Positions 39,129-50,926 of a stretch of DNA of 58,217 nucleotides are shown piece after piece. The DNA comes from Polyangiaceae bacterium (GTDB lineage: Bacteria > Myxococcota_A > Polyangia > Polyangiales > Polyangiaceae): assembly GCA_016715885.1 (NCBI GenBank), contig JADJXL010000022.1, positions 267,588-325,804 of the forward strand, given 5' to 3'. Every line of letters begins with the position of its first letter. Within the stretch, counting starts at the first letter, position 1. Position numbers and translations under genes: made by a program. A model generated the notes under the pieces. That model had not been told where the DNA came from, did not search any database, and was given only the letters and a program-made list of their open reading frames with translations.

Positions 39129-39779
39129 CTATTGATTCACTTGTCCTGCGAGCGCATTCATCAATGCTTTTTCTTCTTCGATCAATCGTTCGATTTTCTG
39201 GCGTGTGGAGGCCACTACCTGCTCGACGGGCGGATCTTCATCCGGGTTGTGGTACGCGCTCAGAATGCCGAGCGACGTGATCCATTCCAGTTCGTCGAAG
39301 CCCGCGCCCACTTTGCGTAAAAAGTCGGCGAGGACGAGTGTCAAGAGCTTGTAATGACCTTTGTAAGGCAATCCGAGCGAGCGGATGGGGGCGTCGCTGC
39401 TGAGCCATAACGACGACGTCACGGCGAGCGCCGTCGCGGCGGCCGCGGGCTCTTCCGCAAGGATTTCGACGACATCGGCGATCATGGTCAGGGCGCTCGG
39501 ATCACGCAGCGCAACCATTCCTTTGCCCTCGAAGTGCCGACCTTCGATGACATTCGGCACGACGGTTGCGCGCAGTGCTGCTTGTCCTTCGTGGTTTTCC
39601 CAGATGGGTGCGATCTGGATGCCGGACGATTGCGTTTCCGTTCGCAGGTTCAGCGTGTGAAGCAGGATCGCTCGCGCGTCGTGCATCAAGTCGTCGGTGT
39701 CCGGGAGCGCGTAGTCATCGGGAAGCTCGAGAAACGCGCGGCCGCTGGTCGTGTCGAAGTCCATGGCGCCCTCTAACAT
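39129..39779 (-). CDS. Hypothetical acidic protein
   Basis: A 216-aa ORF that lies 20 bp upstream of the condensation-like gene. No recognised motif. Confidence 0.4.
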   Translation of the reverse strand: MLEGAMDFDTTSGRAFLELPDDYALPDTDDLMHDARAILLHTLNLRTETQSSGIQIAPIWENHEGQAALRATVVPNVIEGRHFEGKGMVALRDPSALTMIADVVEILAEEPAAAATALAVTSSLWLSSDAPIRSLGLPYKGHYKLLTLVLADFLRKVGAGFDELEWITSLGILSAYHNPDEDPPVEQVVASTRQKIERLIEEEKALMNALAGQVNQ

Positions 39780-41296
39780 GGATTTGGCGGGAACGGAAGC
39801 GCAAAGTTGGGCGAGGAGTTGAGCGCTTGGGGCGAGTTGTTGGAGGGCGCTCGAAGCATTGCGCGAGGGCGTTCAATAACAGCAAGCCACGGGCGGGAGG
39901 CTTGGCATATGCTGCCGCCATAAATGACTTCACCATTCGCTCCGACGTACGTGCCGTAATTGCCGGTGCTCGTGCTGGTGAAGCTGACACAAGAATAATT
40001 GGTATTTCGCCCAAAGCTCGGGGCTCCCTCGATGGTGATGGAATCGCCATCGTCTACGCTGGCGTCGAGCCACGCACCGGACGCGGGAATGGGCGTTGCA
40101 GAATTCGTCCGGATGTATTCGGCGGCATGGCAGAGGTGCGCGCCCGGAAATTCCGCATTGCAAATGGCATGGACGGCCGGGCGCCCGCCCATGTTGCCGG
40201 TAGACGTCGATGCCGTGAAGCCAGCGAAGACGGTCTTTGGTGCGCCATTACAACAAGCAAGCGGCCGCGCAGTTTGGCATGTGCTTCCGCCGTAGATGCC
40301 TTCGCCATTCGCTCCGACGTACGTGCCGTAATTACCGGTGCTCGTGCTGGTGAAGCTCACGCATGAATAATTGGTGTTTCGGCCAAACCGGTAGGATCCC
40401 TCGATGGTCACGCTGTCAGCCGGATCGACGCTCGCATCGAGCCACGCACCCGTGGCCGGAACGGTCGTCGCGGAATTGGAAAGAATGTATTCGGAAATAT
40501 GGCAAAGGTGAGCGCCTGCGAATTCAGACGCGCAAATCGCATGCGCCGCTGGCCGACCTCCTATGTTGCCGGTATGCGTTGACGTGGTGAAACCAGCGAA
40601 CGACGCGACATCCTCCATGTATGCGCCTGCTCCAGGCGGTCCCGCGGGCCCCTGAGGCCCCGGATTCCCCGCCGGCCCCGTCGCACCCGCGGGTCCCGCC
40701 GGCCCCATTGCCCCCGTCGGTCCCACCGGTCCCATTGCGCCCGTTGCGCCATCCGCCCCAGCGGGCCCCATGGCTCCCGTCGGCCCCATTGCGCCTGTCG
40801 CACCCGTAGCTCCCGCTGCCCCGGTCGCTCCCGTCGGCCCCATTGCGCCTGTCGCGCCTGTCGCGCCCGTAGCTCCCGCTGCCCCGGTCGCTCCCGTCGC
40901 GCCTGCCGCCCCAGTTGCCCCAGTTGCTCCCGCCGCACCTGGCGCCCCCGTGGCTCCCGTTGGCCCCGCAGGCCCAGCCGGCCCCATCAGCCCTTGCGGA
41001 CCCATCGGCCCAGCCGGACCCATTGCACCTTCGAGGCCCATCGGTCCCATGGGTCCTTCTGGTCCTGTGGGTCCGGTTACGCCTGGCAGACCCATGGGTC
41101 CCTCGGGACCTGTTGGCCCTGTTACGCCGATGGGACCTTCGGGTCCTGTGGGTCCTGTCGCTCCAGGTGGTCCTGCTGGACCTTGACCAGGCTCGCCGGC
41201 TTGTTCGCCGCTGCTGCATCCCAGGACAAACCCTGGCATCGTGCCGCAAAGAACGAGCGTGAGCAGCGAGATCGAAGACAGACGTTGCAGAACCAT
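39773..41296 (-). CDS. Collagen-like triple-helix repeat lipoprotein with two tandem Cys-containing C-terminal globular domains
   Basis: A lipoprotein signal ends in VLGCSS. About 200 aa of uninterrupted G-X-Y repeats follow ([19 protein letters not shown]...GATGATGAAGATGATG...). Two homologous domains of about 125 aa each contain HAIC...GAHLCH...[24 protein letters not shown]...C. Confidence 0.8.
   Translation of the reverse strand: MVLQRLSSISLLTLVLCGTMPGFVLGCSSGEQAGEPGQGPAGPPGATGPTGPEGPIGVTGPTGPEGPMGLPGVTGPTGPEGPMGPMGLEGAMGPAGPMGPQGLMGPAGPAGPTGATGAPGAAGATGATGAAGATGATGAAGATGATGATGAMGPTGATGAAGATGATGAMGPTGAMGPAGADGATGAMGPVGPTGAMGPAGPAGATGPAGNPGPQGPAGPPGAGAYMEDVASFAGFTTSTHTGNIGGRPAAHAICASEFAGAHLCHISEYILSNSATTVPATGAWLDASVDPADSVTIEGSYRFGRNTNYSCVSFTSTSTGNYGTYVGANGEGIYGGSTCQTARPLACCNGAPKTVFAGFTASTSTGNMGGRPAVHAICNAEFPGAHLCHAAEYIRTNSATPIPASGAWLDASVDDGDSITIEGAPSFGRNTNYSCVSFTSTSTGNYGTYVGANGEVIYGGSICQASRPWLAVIERPRAMLRAPSNNSPQALNSSPNFALPFPPNPC
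39838..40621. repeat. Intragenic tandem duplication (two copies of about 390 bp, roughly 90% identical) encoding the two C-terminal domains of the collagen-like protein
   Basis: For example 39921-40020 (gccataaatgacttcaccattcgctccgacgtacgtgccgtaattgccggtgctcgtgctggtgaagctgacacaagaataattggtatttcgcccaaagc) against 40291-40390 (gccgtagatgccttcgccattcgctccgacgtacgtgccgtaattaccggtgctcgtgctggtgaagctcacgcatgaataattggtgtttcggccaaacc). Confidence 0.75.
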
Positions 41297-41461
41297 GGCG
41301 AAGACCTCCGAGCGGTACGGCATCGCCCTTTACGCTCGTGTCCGAGCGGCTGCAAGGGTTACGTGCGGTTCGAGCGAAAGAGGCTTTGGAGCACGTGGGC
41401 TCGCCTGTAAAGTTTTGCAAAACCCCTCGCGCAGTGTGGGCGACGTGTTATTTGTACCCTC

Positions 41462-42652
41462 GTGCTGGCACTATTTCCCTGGTTTTCCGCGGGTCTTGCG
41501 GTCCTCGTCGTCCTCTTCGCACGGATCGTCCGTGGTCGTTTGTATGCCACCTTCGTCGGCGTGCTTCTGACGATTCATACGCTCATTGCCATTGCAATGG
41601 CGAAGGTATTCGAGCCCATCCTTCCCATTTACGCATTTCTTCATGCCGCCGTGTACGTGCACTTTGCGCTCCTCGCCGTGCCCAAAATGCGGCCCGTTTG
41701 GTACCGAGCGCTCGTCAGCGTGCCTGCCTCGTATTTCGCAGCGGCGACGTTTCTCGCGCTCCCATGGGCCATCGTCTCGGCCGTGGGATTCACGCCCCAT
41801 GGCTTTTTCATTCCTTATTTGATTGCGCTGTTCGGGCTCGTGCAAAGCCTGCGGCATCGTTTCGAAGAAACCGATATCGTGCTCGATGACCAGCATGCTC
41901 CGATGCTACAGCGGTATTCTCTGGGATCGGGCAGGCAGGAGCGTCCTTTGCGTATCGTGCAAATCACCGATCCGCATCTCGGGCCGTTCATGTCGGAAAA
42001 ACGTCTTCGTTCGATTGCACAGCGAGCGGTCGAAGCCGAGCCTGATCTCGTATTGCTCACCGGGGACTTTTTGACCATGGAGTCCCACGAAGCTCGCGCG
42101 TCGCTTGCAAGGGCGCTCGAACCTCTGGCGCAGCTTCCGGGGCGAGTATTTGCGTGTCGCGGCAATCACGATCACGAAGCTCCCGAAACCGTCGCGGGAG
42201 CGATGCACGACATTGGCGCCACGCTGCTCATCGACGAAGAGCGCACGGTGGAAACACCCGCCGGGCCGGTCCAAATACTCGGTATCGATTTTCATTTCCG
42301 CGACCGAGCACAACGGATGAAACGAGTTTTCGCTCGGCACCCGCGCATTGAAGGAATGAAGCGCCTCGTGCTCTTGCATGATCCGGGTGCATTTCGGCAC
42401 GTGCCCGACGGAGAAGCCGACTTGGTCTTCGGCGGGCATACCCACGGTGGTCAGCTCGGTCTTTTGGTGCTCGGATTGCCCCATACGTTCGTCAGCACGT
42501 TCACGCAGATTCCAGATCATGGCCTATGGGCTCTCGGTCGTAATCGATTGTACGTGCATCGAGGGACCGGCCATTATGGATTTCCTCTTCGCGTCGGCGT
42601 GCCGTCCGAAGAGAGCCTTCTCCGCGTGCATTGGACATCGGACGAGCGGTAG
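41462..42652 (+). CDS. Membrane-anchored calcineurin-like metallophosphoesterase
   Basis: About five N-terminal TM helices are followed by the phosphoesterase motifs IVQITDPHLG, LTGDFLT, CRGNHDHE, LHDPG and FGGHTHGGQ. It has a GTG start. Confidence 0.75.
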   Translation: MLALFPWFSAGLAVLVVLFARIVRGRLYATFVGVLLTIHTLIAIAMAKVFEPILPIYAFLHAAVYVHFALLAVPKMRPVWYRALVSVPASYFAAATFLALPWAIVSAVGFTPHGFFIPYLIALFGLVQSLRHRFEETDIVLDDQHAPMLQRYSLGSGRQERPLRIVQITDPHLGPFMSEKRLRSIAQRAVEAEPDLVLLTGDFLTMESHEARASLARALEPLAQLPGRVFACRGNHDHEAPETVAGAMHDIGATLLIDEERTVETPAGPVQILGIDFHFRDRAQRMKRVFARHPRIEGMKRLVLLHDPGAFRHVPDGEADLVFGGHTHGGQLGLLVLGLPHTFVSTFTQIPDHGLWALGRNRLYVHRGTGHYGFPLRVGVPSEESLLRVHWTSDER

Positions 42653-42714
42653 TAGAGCGCCTCTGAATTGGGGAAAGGCAATTCGGGGGGTATGGGGGGC
42701 AGAGCAGTCGGCTC

Positions 42715-42741
42715 GTCTTTTGGGTCGTAGACCCAAAAGAC
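42715..42741 (+). terminator. Perfect 12-bp stem / 3-nt loop hairpin (gtcttttgggtc gta gacccaaaagac) downstream of the phosphoesterase gene
   Basis: Exact inverted repeat 63 bp after the stop codon. There is no trailing T-tract, as is common in GC-rich genomes. Confidence 0.4.
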
Positions 42742-42870
42742 TCAAAGAGCCGCCTGCGAGCCCCCCATCGTGACCAATCTCGCGAAGCGCGCGTCCCACG
42801 CGCGCGTAGCGAGCATACAAATCCTGCCCCGGTCCCGGGTCGATCCCGACCCAGCCTCGAACCCGCTTCC

Positions 42871-44280
42871 TTGCGCGACGAACCCGTAGTAAGCTCTGCC
42901 CGGGCAATGTTGGGTGCTCAGCCTGGCACACTCCTGGTGGGGAAATACCGCATCGAGCGGCAGCTCGGTAGCGGCGGCATGGGCGTCGTCCTCGAAGCGA
43001 CGCATGTTGCGCTGGGCCAAACCGTCGCCGTCAAGCTGCTCAACGCCGAGCATGCTCGGTCGCCCGATGTCGTCGCGCGGTTCCTCCGCGAAGCGCGGAT
43101 CGCAGCGACTTTGCCGTCGGAACACATCGCGCGCGTCAGCGATGTCGGCATGACCGAAACCGGCGAGCCGTACATCGTGATGGAGCGTCTCGTCGGTCGT
43201 GACCTCGATGCCGAGCTTCACATGCGCGGCAAGCTTCCCATCGCGGAGGCCGTGGATCTCATGCTCGAAGCGTGCGAAGGCGTCGCCATGGCGCACGCAT
43301 ACAACCTCGTGCATCGCGACCTCAAGCCGGCAAATCTTTTTCTCGCCGAAAGGCCGCTGCGCCCGCGCGTGCTCAAAGTGCTCGATTTTGGTTTGTCGAA
43401 GGAAGACACCGGAAATCACGCAGGACTCACCGGCTCCGAGACCGTCTTCGGCACCCCGCAGTACATGTCGCCCGAGCAGATCCAAAGTGCAAGAAACGTC
43501 GATGCGCGCAGTGATCAACACGCCCTCGGCATGATTCTCTACGAAATGATCGCGGGCCAGCCGGCGTTCTCGGCACCCTCCGTCACGCAGCTCATCGTCG
43601 TCATCGCGACCCATCCTCCTCCGCATGTTCGAGTGGTTCGTCCTGACGTACCTGCCAAGCTCGACGAAGCCCTCGTGCGCGCGATGGCGAAACGCCCGGC
43701 GGATCGTTTTCCGGATTTGGCAGCATTCGCCGCAGCCATTGCCCCCTTTGGTGGATCCGACGCTCGCACGCGCGCCGAGCTCGTTGCTCGAGCGCTTGTC
43801 ACGCCAAACGCTCATGTGGATCCCGAGCCGAGCCGGACGTCGCGCGCGCCGACGGACGAAGCACCCACGTTGCCGCGGGATTTGCCGCGACCCGCGATGG
43901 AGACCCACTCGGCCCTGACCAGCTCCACGCGCAGCCTCGACGCGCACCGCGCTCGAAACAAACGCACGGCGATCATCGTTGCAGCGAGCGCCGTGGTGGC
44001 CGCAATCATCGTCGTCGCCCTCGTATTCGGCATGGGCGACGATGAACCGACGGTCGTTGCGGATAGCTCGTCGAGCTCGGCTGTCGCTGCAGCGCCCATC
44101 GTCGAAGCAGCGCCTCAAAAGACCGCCGCAGCGCCCACGGAAAGCGCGACTCCGGCGGCATCAGCGTCTGCTACGAGCGCGGCAAAAACGTCCAAGACTC
44201 CGGCTGGCACCAGGCCTGTGCGACAACCCAAAGACTCGGTCAAAACTTCCGTGGAGATGTTTGGTGGTAAAAGGAAATAG
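42871..44280 (+). CDS. Eukaryotic-like Ser/Thr protein kinase, catalytically intact, with a C-terminal TM segment and a Ser/Ala/Pro-rich tail
   Basis: The diagnostic motifs are LGSGGMGVV, VAVKLL, HRDLKPANLFL, DFGLSK and GTPQYMSPEQ. Confidence 0.85.
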   Translation: MRDEPVVSSARAMLGAQPGTLLVGKYRIERQLGSGGMGVVLEATHVALGQTVAVKLLNAEHARSPDVVARFLREARIAATLPSEHIARVSDVGMTETGEPYIVMERLVGRDLDAELHMRGKLPIAEAVDLMLEACEGVAMAHAYNLVHRDLKPANLFLAERPLRPRVLKVLDFGLSKEDTGNHAGLTGSETVFGTPQYMSPEQIQSARNVDARSDQHALGMILYEMIAGQPAFSAPSVTQLIVVIATHPPPHVRVVRPDVPAKLDEALVRAMAKRPADRFPDLAAFAAAIAPFGGSDARTRAELVARALVTPNAHVDPEPSRTSRAPTDEAPTLPRDLPRPAMETHSALTSSTRSLDAHRARNKRTAIIVAASAVVAAIIVVALVFGMGDDEPTVVADSSSSSAVAAAPIVEAAPQKTAAAPTESATPAASASATSAAKTSKTPAGTRPVRQPKDSVKTSVEMFGGKRK

Positions 44281-45304
44281 CCTCGCCATCGTGCTCGCGT
44301 CGATGCTTGCGCTCGTGCCCCATGCAGCTCGCGCCGACGAGCCGCCTGCGGAAACGCCTCCCGTGGAAACGCCTGCGGAAACGCCTCCTCCGGAGATGTC
44401 CCGTGCGGATGCGTTGTTCCAAGAGGGCAAACAACTTTTGGAGCAAGGAAAGTTCCTCGAAGCGTGCGACAAACTCGCAGAGAGCGACGCGCTCGATCCT
44501 GCGATCGGCACGCTTGGATTGCTCGCGGCGTGTCACGAGCAGCAGGGGCGCACGGCGACGGCATGGCGCGAATACGGCGAGACGGCGGCGCGCGCCGAGG
44601 CCGTGGGCGATGAACGCGCAGCGTTTGCCCGGGAACGCGTGAAGGCGCTCGAGCCCGAATTGCCGCGGCTGCTCGTGCGTTTGGCCAAACCTCATCCCAA
44701 CGTGATGATCTATCGAAATGGCATCCGCCTGATGCCCGAAGATCTCGGCATCGTCGTGCCCGTTGATCCGGGTACGTACGAAATCGTCGTTCGATGGCCG
44801 GATAAACCGGAATTCCGTGCGACGCTCATCGCCACGTCGCGCAAGACCGCCGAGCTCGAAGTCCCCGATCCCGATCGAGTTGCGACGGCATCGACGGCGC
44901 CCTTTCGCCCCGACAAACCGGTGATACCGACTGCGCCTTCGCCGCAACGTATCGGCGCGATTGTGGCCGGTGGCGTGGGGCTCGTTGGTTTTGGCATGAG
45001 CGCCGCGTTCGCCATCTCGGCGGCCAGCAAAAACAGCGCATCCATCCCGATTGAACAGTCCTGCGGTTCGGCGGCTACGTGTCAAAAGGGCAAGGAACTG
45101 CGCGAGCAAGCGTTTGCGGCGGCGACGGTGGCCAACGTTGGCTTTGGCATCGGCGTGGTCGGCGCCGGCACCGCGCTCGTGCTGGCACTCTTGCCGAATC
45201 GATCGCCCACCCTGGCGCGAGAAAAGACCCAAGCCCAGCATGTTCAGTTCGTTCCATGGGCGGGGCGGGACGTTGCGGGAGCGCAGTTCGTCGGGCGCTT
45301 CTAA
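44264..45304 (+). CDS. Secreted/membrane protein with a TPR-like helix, a PEGA-like domain and C-terminal TM helices, translationally coupled to the kinase
   Basis: A GTG at 44264 overlaps the kinase stop. The signal peptide reads LAIVLASMLALVPHAARA. The PEGA-like stretch reads VMIYRNGIRLMPEDLGIVVPVDPGTYEIVVRW. Two C-terminal hydrophobic helices follow. Confidence 0.55.
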   Translation: MVKGNSLAIVLASMLALVPHAARADEPPAETPPVETPAETPPPEMSRADALFQEGKQLLEQGKFLEACDKLAESDALDPAIGTLGLLAACHEQQGRTATAWREYGETAARAEAVGDERAAFARERVKALEPELPRLLVRLAKPHPNVMIYRNGIRLMPEDLGIVVPVDPGTYEIVVRWPDKPEFRATLIATSRKTAELEVPDPDRVATASTAPFRPDKPVIPTAPSPQRIGAIVAGGVGLVGFGMSAAFAISAASKNSASIPIEQSCGSAATCQKGKELREQAFAAATVANVGFGIGVVGAGTALVLALLPNRSPTLAREKTQAQHVQFVPWAGRDVAGAQFVGRF

Positions 45305-45345
45305 AAGTCTTGCCAAACGCCCCAATACGGGGAAGAATACTGAAC

Positions 45346-45954
45346 ATGCGTTCCATATTTTGCGTTGGCTGGGCGTTCGTGGCCCTTGCTGCAATGGCGG
45401 GGTGCGAGCAAGTTCTCGGAGTCGAACCGTGGGAGGATCACAATCGCGTAGACGAACCCGATACAGACGACACGCCGGCGAGTAGTAGCAGCAGCAGTAG
45501 CAGCAGTTCTGGGGCGGCGATGACGTGCCTCAATGGCGTGCAAGACGGCACGGAAACCGGTGTCGATTGCGGCGGGGATTCATGTGACGTTTGTTCTGAC
45601 GGACGTGGTTGCAGCATGGACTCCGATTGTCTGAGTAGCTACTGTCCGGTTTCGCGCGGGTATTGTATCTCGCTGAATGGTCGAGACATGTGCGAAGGCG
45701 CAGACCCGGACAATCCCCATTGCGCCGACTGCACACAGAATGCGGCGGAATCCGACGTCGATTGTGGTGGAGATTGCTTGCCATGCCGCGCAGGTAAGGG
45801 CTGCACCAATGACGGTGAATGTTGGAGCGGCGTTTGCACGAATGGTGCGTGCGTTGCGGGAGCCAAGGGGACGCGATGCTTCTCGAATGCCGATTGCGCG
45901 AGCGGCTCGTGCGGCACGTTGGGATGCCCCATCGACGGCGCGTGCTGTCAATGA
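45346..45954 (+). CDS. Cys-rich repeat lipoprotein
   Basis: An ATG at 45346 leads into a signal peptide with lipobox AAMAGC. A poly-Ser linker follows. Repeated CGGDxC...C modules occur (CGGDSCDVCSDGRGCSMDSDC; CGGDCLPCRAGKGCTNDGEC). Confidence 0.6.
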   Translation: MRSIFCVGWAFVALAAMAGCEQVLGVEPWEDHNRVDEPDTDDTPASSSSSSSSSSGAAMTCLNGVQDGTETGVDCGGDSCDVCSDGRGCSMDSDCLSSYCPVSRGYCISLNGRDMCEGADPDNPHCADCTQNAAESDVDCGGDCLPCRAGKGCTNDGECWSGVCTNGACVAGAKGTRCFSNADCASGSCGTLGCPIDGACCQ

Positions 45955-46115
45955 CCAGTCACCGCCTTCTTTCCGCAAGCCACGCGAGGCCCGCATTGTA
46001 AATGATGTCGTGACCTCCTTGAAAAATGGTCACCGTCGACCCAAGGCTCGACCTTTCGAGAAGCACCTTGGCCCCCGCTTGCTCATAAAGCGGTCGTTTC
46101 CCTGAAAATACAAGC

Positions 46116-47183
46116 TCATGGGGGCACGCGACGTGTTCGGTCGAGCTCCCTCAGTTGACCCTCCGGAATACGTTCGTTCGGTGATGCGAGATCATTGAAT
46201 GCTCGAAGTGCATGGTTTGGCGGAACCAGATGATCCCAAATGCCCAAGCCCAAATAAATGGGAACTCGTCCGCGTGCATTCGACAAATATTGGCTCGGGC
46301 TTCGCCGCCGGCATTCCTTTTCGGCCGGGCTTCCCGGAACGGGGCGGCCACCGCAAGCTGCCGCGATCTCGCCCGCATAATGCCGTTCGGGCGACGTTTT
46401 TTGCATCCATTCGTACCAATCCACCAAATCATAAATCGGCACCCACGAAACCACACCTGCCCATATATCGGGATGTTTGCCCGCCAGCACGAGCGACGTC
46501 ATGGCGCTGCCCGAATAACCCACCAAATAAATGCGTGATGAATCGATCCGAGCGCGTTTTTTGGCGTATTCCACCGCATCGAGCACGTCTCCGAGGGAAA
46601 GCTCGGAGGCCACCGCTTCGGGTTTGCGATAAGGACCGCGATGATCCGGGTGAATGAGCGCCCAGCCATTTCGTTCGGCAAAAATGGCATAAGGAATGCC
46701 AATATTTTGCAAATAGTTTTCGCTCCAGCTATGCAGCACGACGAGCAGCGGCTTTGGCGAATCGCCCGTTGGCGTATAAAACAGAGCTTTTTGTATTGTT
46801 TTATCGAGGCTCGAACGAATGTCGACCTCTTCGATTCGGGGGACCCGTGTACGCCATACCGACAGATCCTGCGCGCCAAATGGAAAGGGCCCACCCACGG
46901 CACGCGGATATTCCGGGACCAGCATCAGCAAAGGTTGCCCGGTCGTTATGGTTTCGCCACGAGCGGACGCCGGAAAAAGCACCGCAAATGTCAAAATACG
47001 CTCACCAGGACGAACTTGATGGCCAGCATTCCACCATGCGCACGCAAAGGCTGTACCGACGAACCGAGCCACCGACCTGGGGCGTGTATTCATGGTGCCG
47101 CTCGTATGGCAAGGGCCATCCATTTTGCTAACGTCGCGGCAAAGAGGTTTATCGAATGAAACGTTCCTTGTTTGTCGTGGCAC
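46116..47183 (-). CDS. Alpha/beta-hydrolase (prolyl-oligopeptidase / dienelactone-hydrolase-like). The true start is probably downstream of the track start.
   Basis: LLVVLHSWS and the nucleophile elbow GYSGSA are present. The protein is about 60% identical to the divergently oriented neighbour over about 230 aa. Confidence 0.6.
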   Translation of the reverse strand: MPRQTRNVSFDKPLCRDVSKMDGPCHTSGTMNTRPRSVARFVGTAFACAWWNAGHQVRPGERILTFAVLFPASARGETITTGQPLLMLVPEYPRAVGGPFPFGAQDLSVWRTRVPRIEEVDIRSSLDKTIQKALFYTPTGDSPKPLLVVLHSWSENYLQNIGIPYAIFAERNGWALIHPDHRGPYRKPEAVASELSLGDVLDAVEYAKKRARIDSSRIYLVGYSGSAMTSLVLAGKHPDIWAGVVSWVPIYDLVDWYEWMQKTSPERHYAGEIAAACGGRPVPGSPAEKECRRRSPSQYLSNARGRVPIYLGLGIWDHLVPPNHALRAFNDLASPNERIPEGQLRELDRTRRVPP

Positions 47184-48497
47184 TCCTCACGTGTGCGGTT
47201 CTTTTGACGCTCATTTCGGGCCGCGTTGCATCTCGAGCCTACGCAAAGCCCAAGCCCAAAGGACTCGAAGCGAAAGCCATGAGCGTTAAAAGTCATACGC
47301 TTGCGTCGCGATTTCCGGGCGGCGAGGGCGCCATGAGCGCCAAAGCATGGAAACGTCTCGTTCCAGGGGCGCGCGATGTCACGCTTCCATCTTCGTCGGA
47401 TGGATCGGCGCAACGTGCGATGTTTTTCGATTCGGGATCGTCCGCGGAAAAACCGCTTCTCGTCGTCTTGCACAGTTGGAGCACGGATTATCGTCAGAAC
47501 ATCGGCATTCCTTATGCTCTGCACGCGGCAAAAAAAGATTGGGTCTTCATTCATCCGAATTTCCGCGGTCCAAACAGAAACGCCGCCGCTGGCGTATCGG
47601 ACCTCGTGACGAGCGACATTCTGGATGCCGTGGAATACGCCAAGCGGCATGCGCGTGTGGACACGAATCGCATCTATTTGGCGGGTTTTTCCGGCGGCGG
47701 CCTCGCGGCGCTCGCCATGGCGGGCCGGCATCCGGACATGTGGGCCGGCGTCGTGGCATGGTGTCCCATTCACGATATCGTGGATTGGTATCGCGAAAAT
47801 GTCGCACATGTGCCTCGCCGGCATTACGTGGGCAACATCGAAGCCGTTTGCGGAGGCGCGCCGCGTGCTGGTACGAAAGCTTTTACCGAATGCAAAAGAC
47901 GTAGCCCGAGCGCCGTTTTGGAGCGAGCTCGGCAAGCCGGCGTGCCCATGTACATTGCCGCGGGTGTTCGTGACGACATCGTGTATCCGCGGCACGCCAT
48001 TGCCGCGTTCAATCAGCTAGCCATTGCCGCCGACCAATTGGCAGACGATTTTCTGCCGAAGCTGAAATCGTCCACGCGCCCTGCATCCCTACGAAGTCCC
48101 GCGGGCGAGCCGACCCATATGCGCTTGCGGGCACGCCCGTGCGCGCGTCGCGCACGTCTGGCAATACGACGCTCGTGCTTTCGATGGCGGACACGACGTC
48201 GTCTACGATGCGGGGTTTGCCTGGCTCGAAGGAAAGCGGCGCATTGCGCAGAAGCGCGTCGCTCCCTGACCCAGGGTTCGCGGGTAAGGTGCGCGAAGCT
48301 CTTGCTTGACGGTTCCGTTTTGCACGCGCATCGCGGTACAGTCCGCTCGATGTCCAAGCGCGCCTCTGCTCCTCCCTCGCACTCTGGCCCTCCCACAGCG
48401 CTCGATCCCATGGCGCCCACGGTCGAATCAGTACCGCAAAGGCCGCTCGACGCCACCATTGCCGCGCTCCCCGACCTACCCATCGTGACGCTCGTCG

Positions 48498-50222
<1,725 letters not shown>

Positions 50223-50374
50223 GGTTTTCACGCGGACGTCGTTTTCTTCGCCACGATGAAGCGCCGCCCGCACGCCACGGGACGTATCGAGTGCACTGGT
50301 TGCGCGGCGCGGGCGATGTAGAGCGGCGATTGCGTATATGACGACTGCACTTTTGGGCTTTTACCCATGCGCGG

Positions 50375-50926
50375 TCACCGCGCTGATTCCGCGCATAATT
50401 CCAAGAGCTCTGCTTTTGATCGCACCTGAAGCGTCCATGATACAGAGTCATCGGGCACATGCTGCAAGTCGGCACGCGCTTCGGCTTTTCGGCCCAACTG
50501 AAAGTACGCTTCCGCTCGCAGGAAGTGGAGCCCCTCGCGGTCGTAATCGTCATTCAGTTCATCACAGAGAACGAGTCCTTGCGTGAAGTCCGCAACGGCA
50601 AGATCGTAGTCGCGTGCCATGAGCGCATAGCGACCTCGATTGAAAAACACCGATGGCTTGCGACGTGCAAGTGCCATCACCCGCGTCATGGCTGCAATGG
50701 CGGCGACGTAATTGTCATTCCGTGCGTAGCCGTACGCCAGCGCGTTCCAGACGTCCGGCTCATCAGGATATCGGTGGGTAAGTTCTACGGCGGCTTCCAA
50801 AGCGGTCGGCTCCTCCGCTCTAATCCGCTCTTTGATGTCCATGATCACGGCTTTCAACCCGTCGTCCATCACGTCCTCCTTCCAGGTCGGCCTGCTCGAC
50901 CCCAATCGATTTTGTTGCCACCGCAT
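50375..50926 (-). CDS. TPR-repeat protein (copy A)
   Basis: Three TPR-like repeats are present (PDVWNALAYGYARNDNYVAAIAAM...). It is paralogous to 52199-52696. Confidence 0.6.
   Translation of the reverse strand: MRWQQNRLGSSRPTWKEDVMDDGLKAVIMDIKERIRAEEPTALEAAVELTHRYPDEPDVWNALAYGYARNDNYVAAIAAMTRVMALARRKPSVFFNRGRYALMARDYDLAVADFTQGLVLCDELNDDYDREGLHFLRAEAYFQLGRKAEARADLQHVPDDSVSWTLQVRSKAELLELCAESAR

Noticed and set aside
39566-40366. 266-aa plus-strand ORF and other plus-strand ORFs (39999-40295, 40770-41186)
   Set aside because: These are antisense to the collagen-like gene. The 40770-41186 frame is poly-Pro/Ala because it is the reverse complement of G-X-Y codons.
40640-41170. Highly periodic 9-bp GC-rich repeat that could be mistaken for a CRISPR- or VNTR-like array
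   Set aside because: It is the G-X-Y collagen-triplet coding region of gene 39773-41296. There are no spacer-like unique segments and the frame is continuous.
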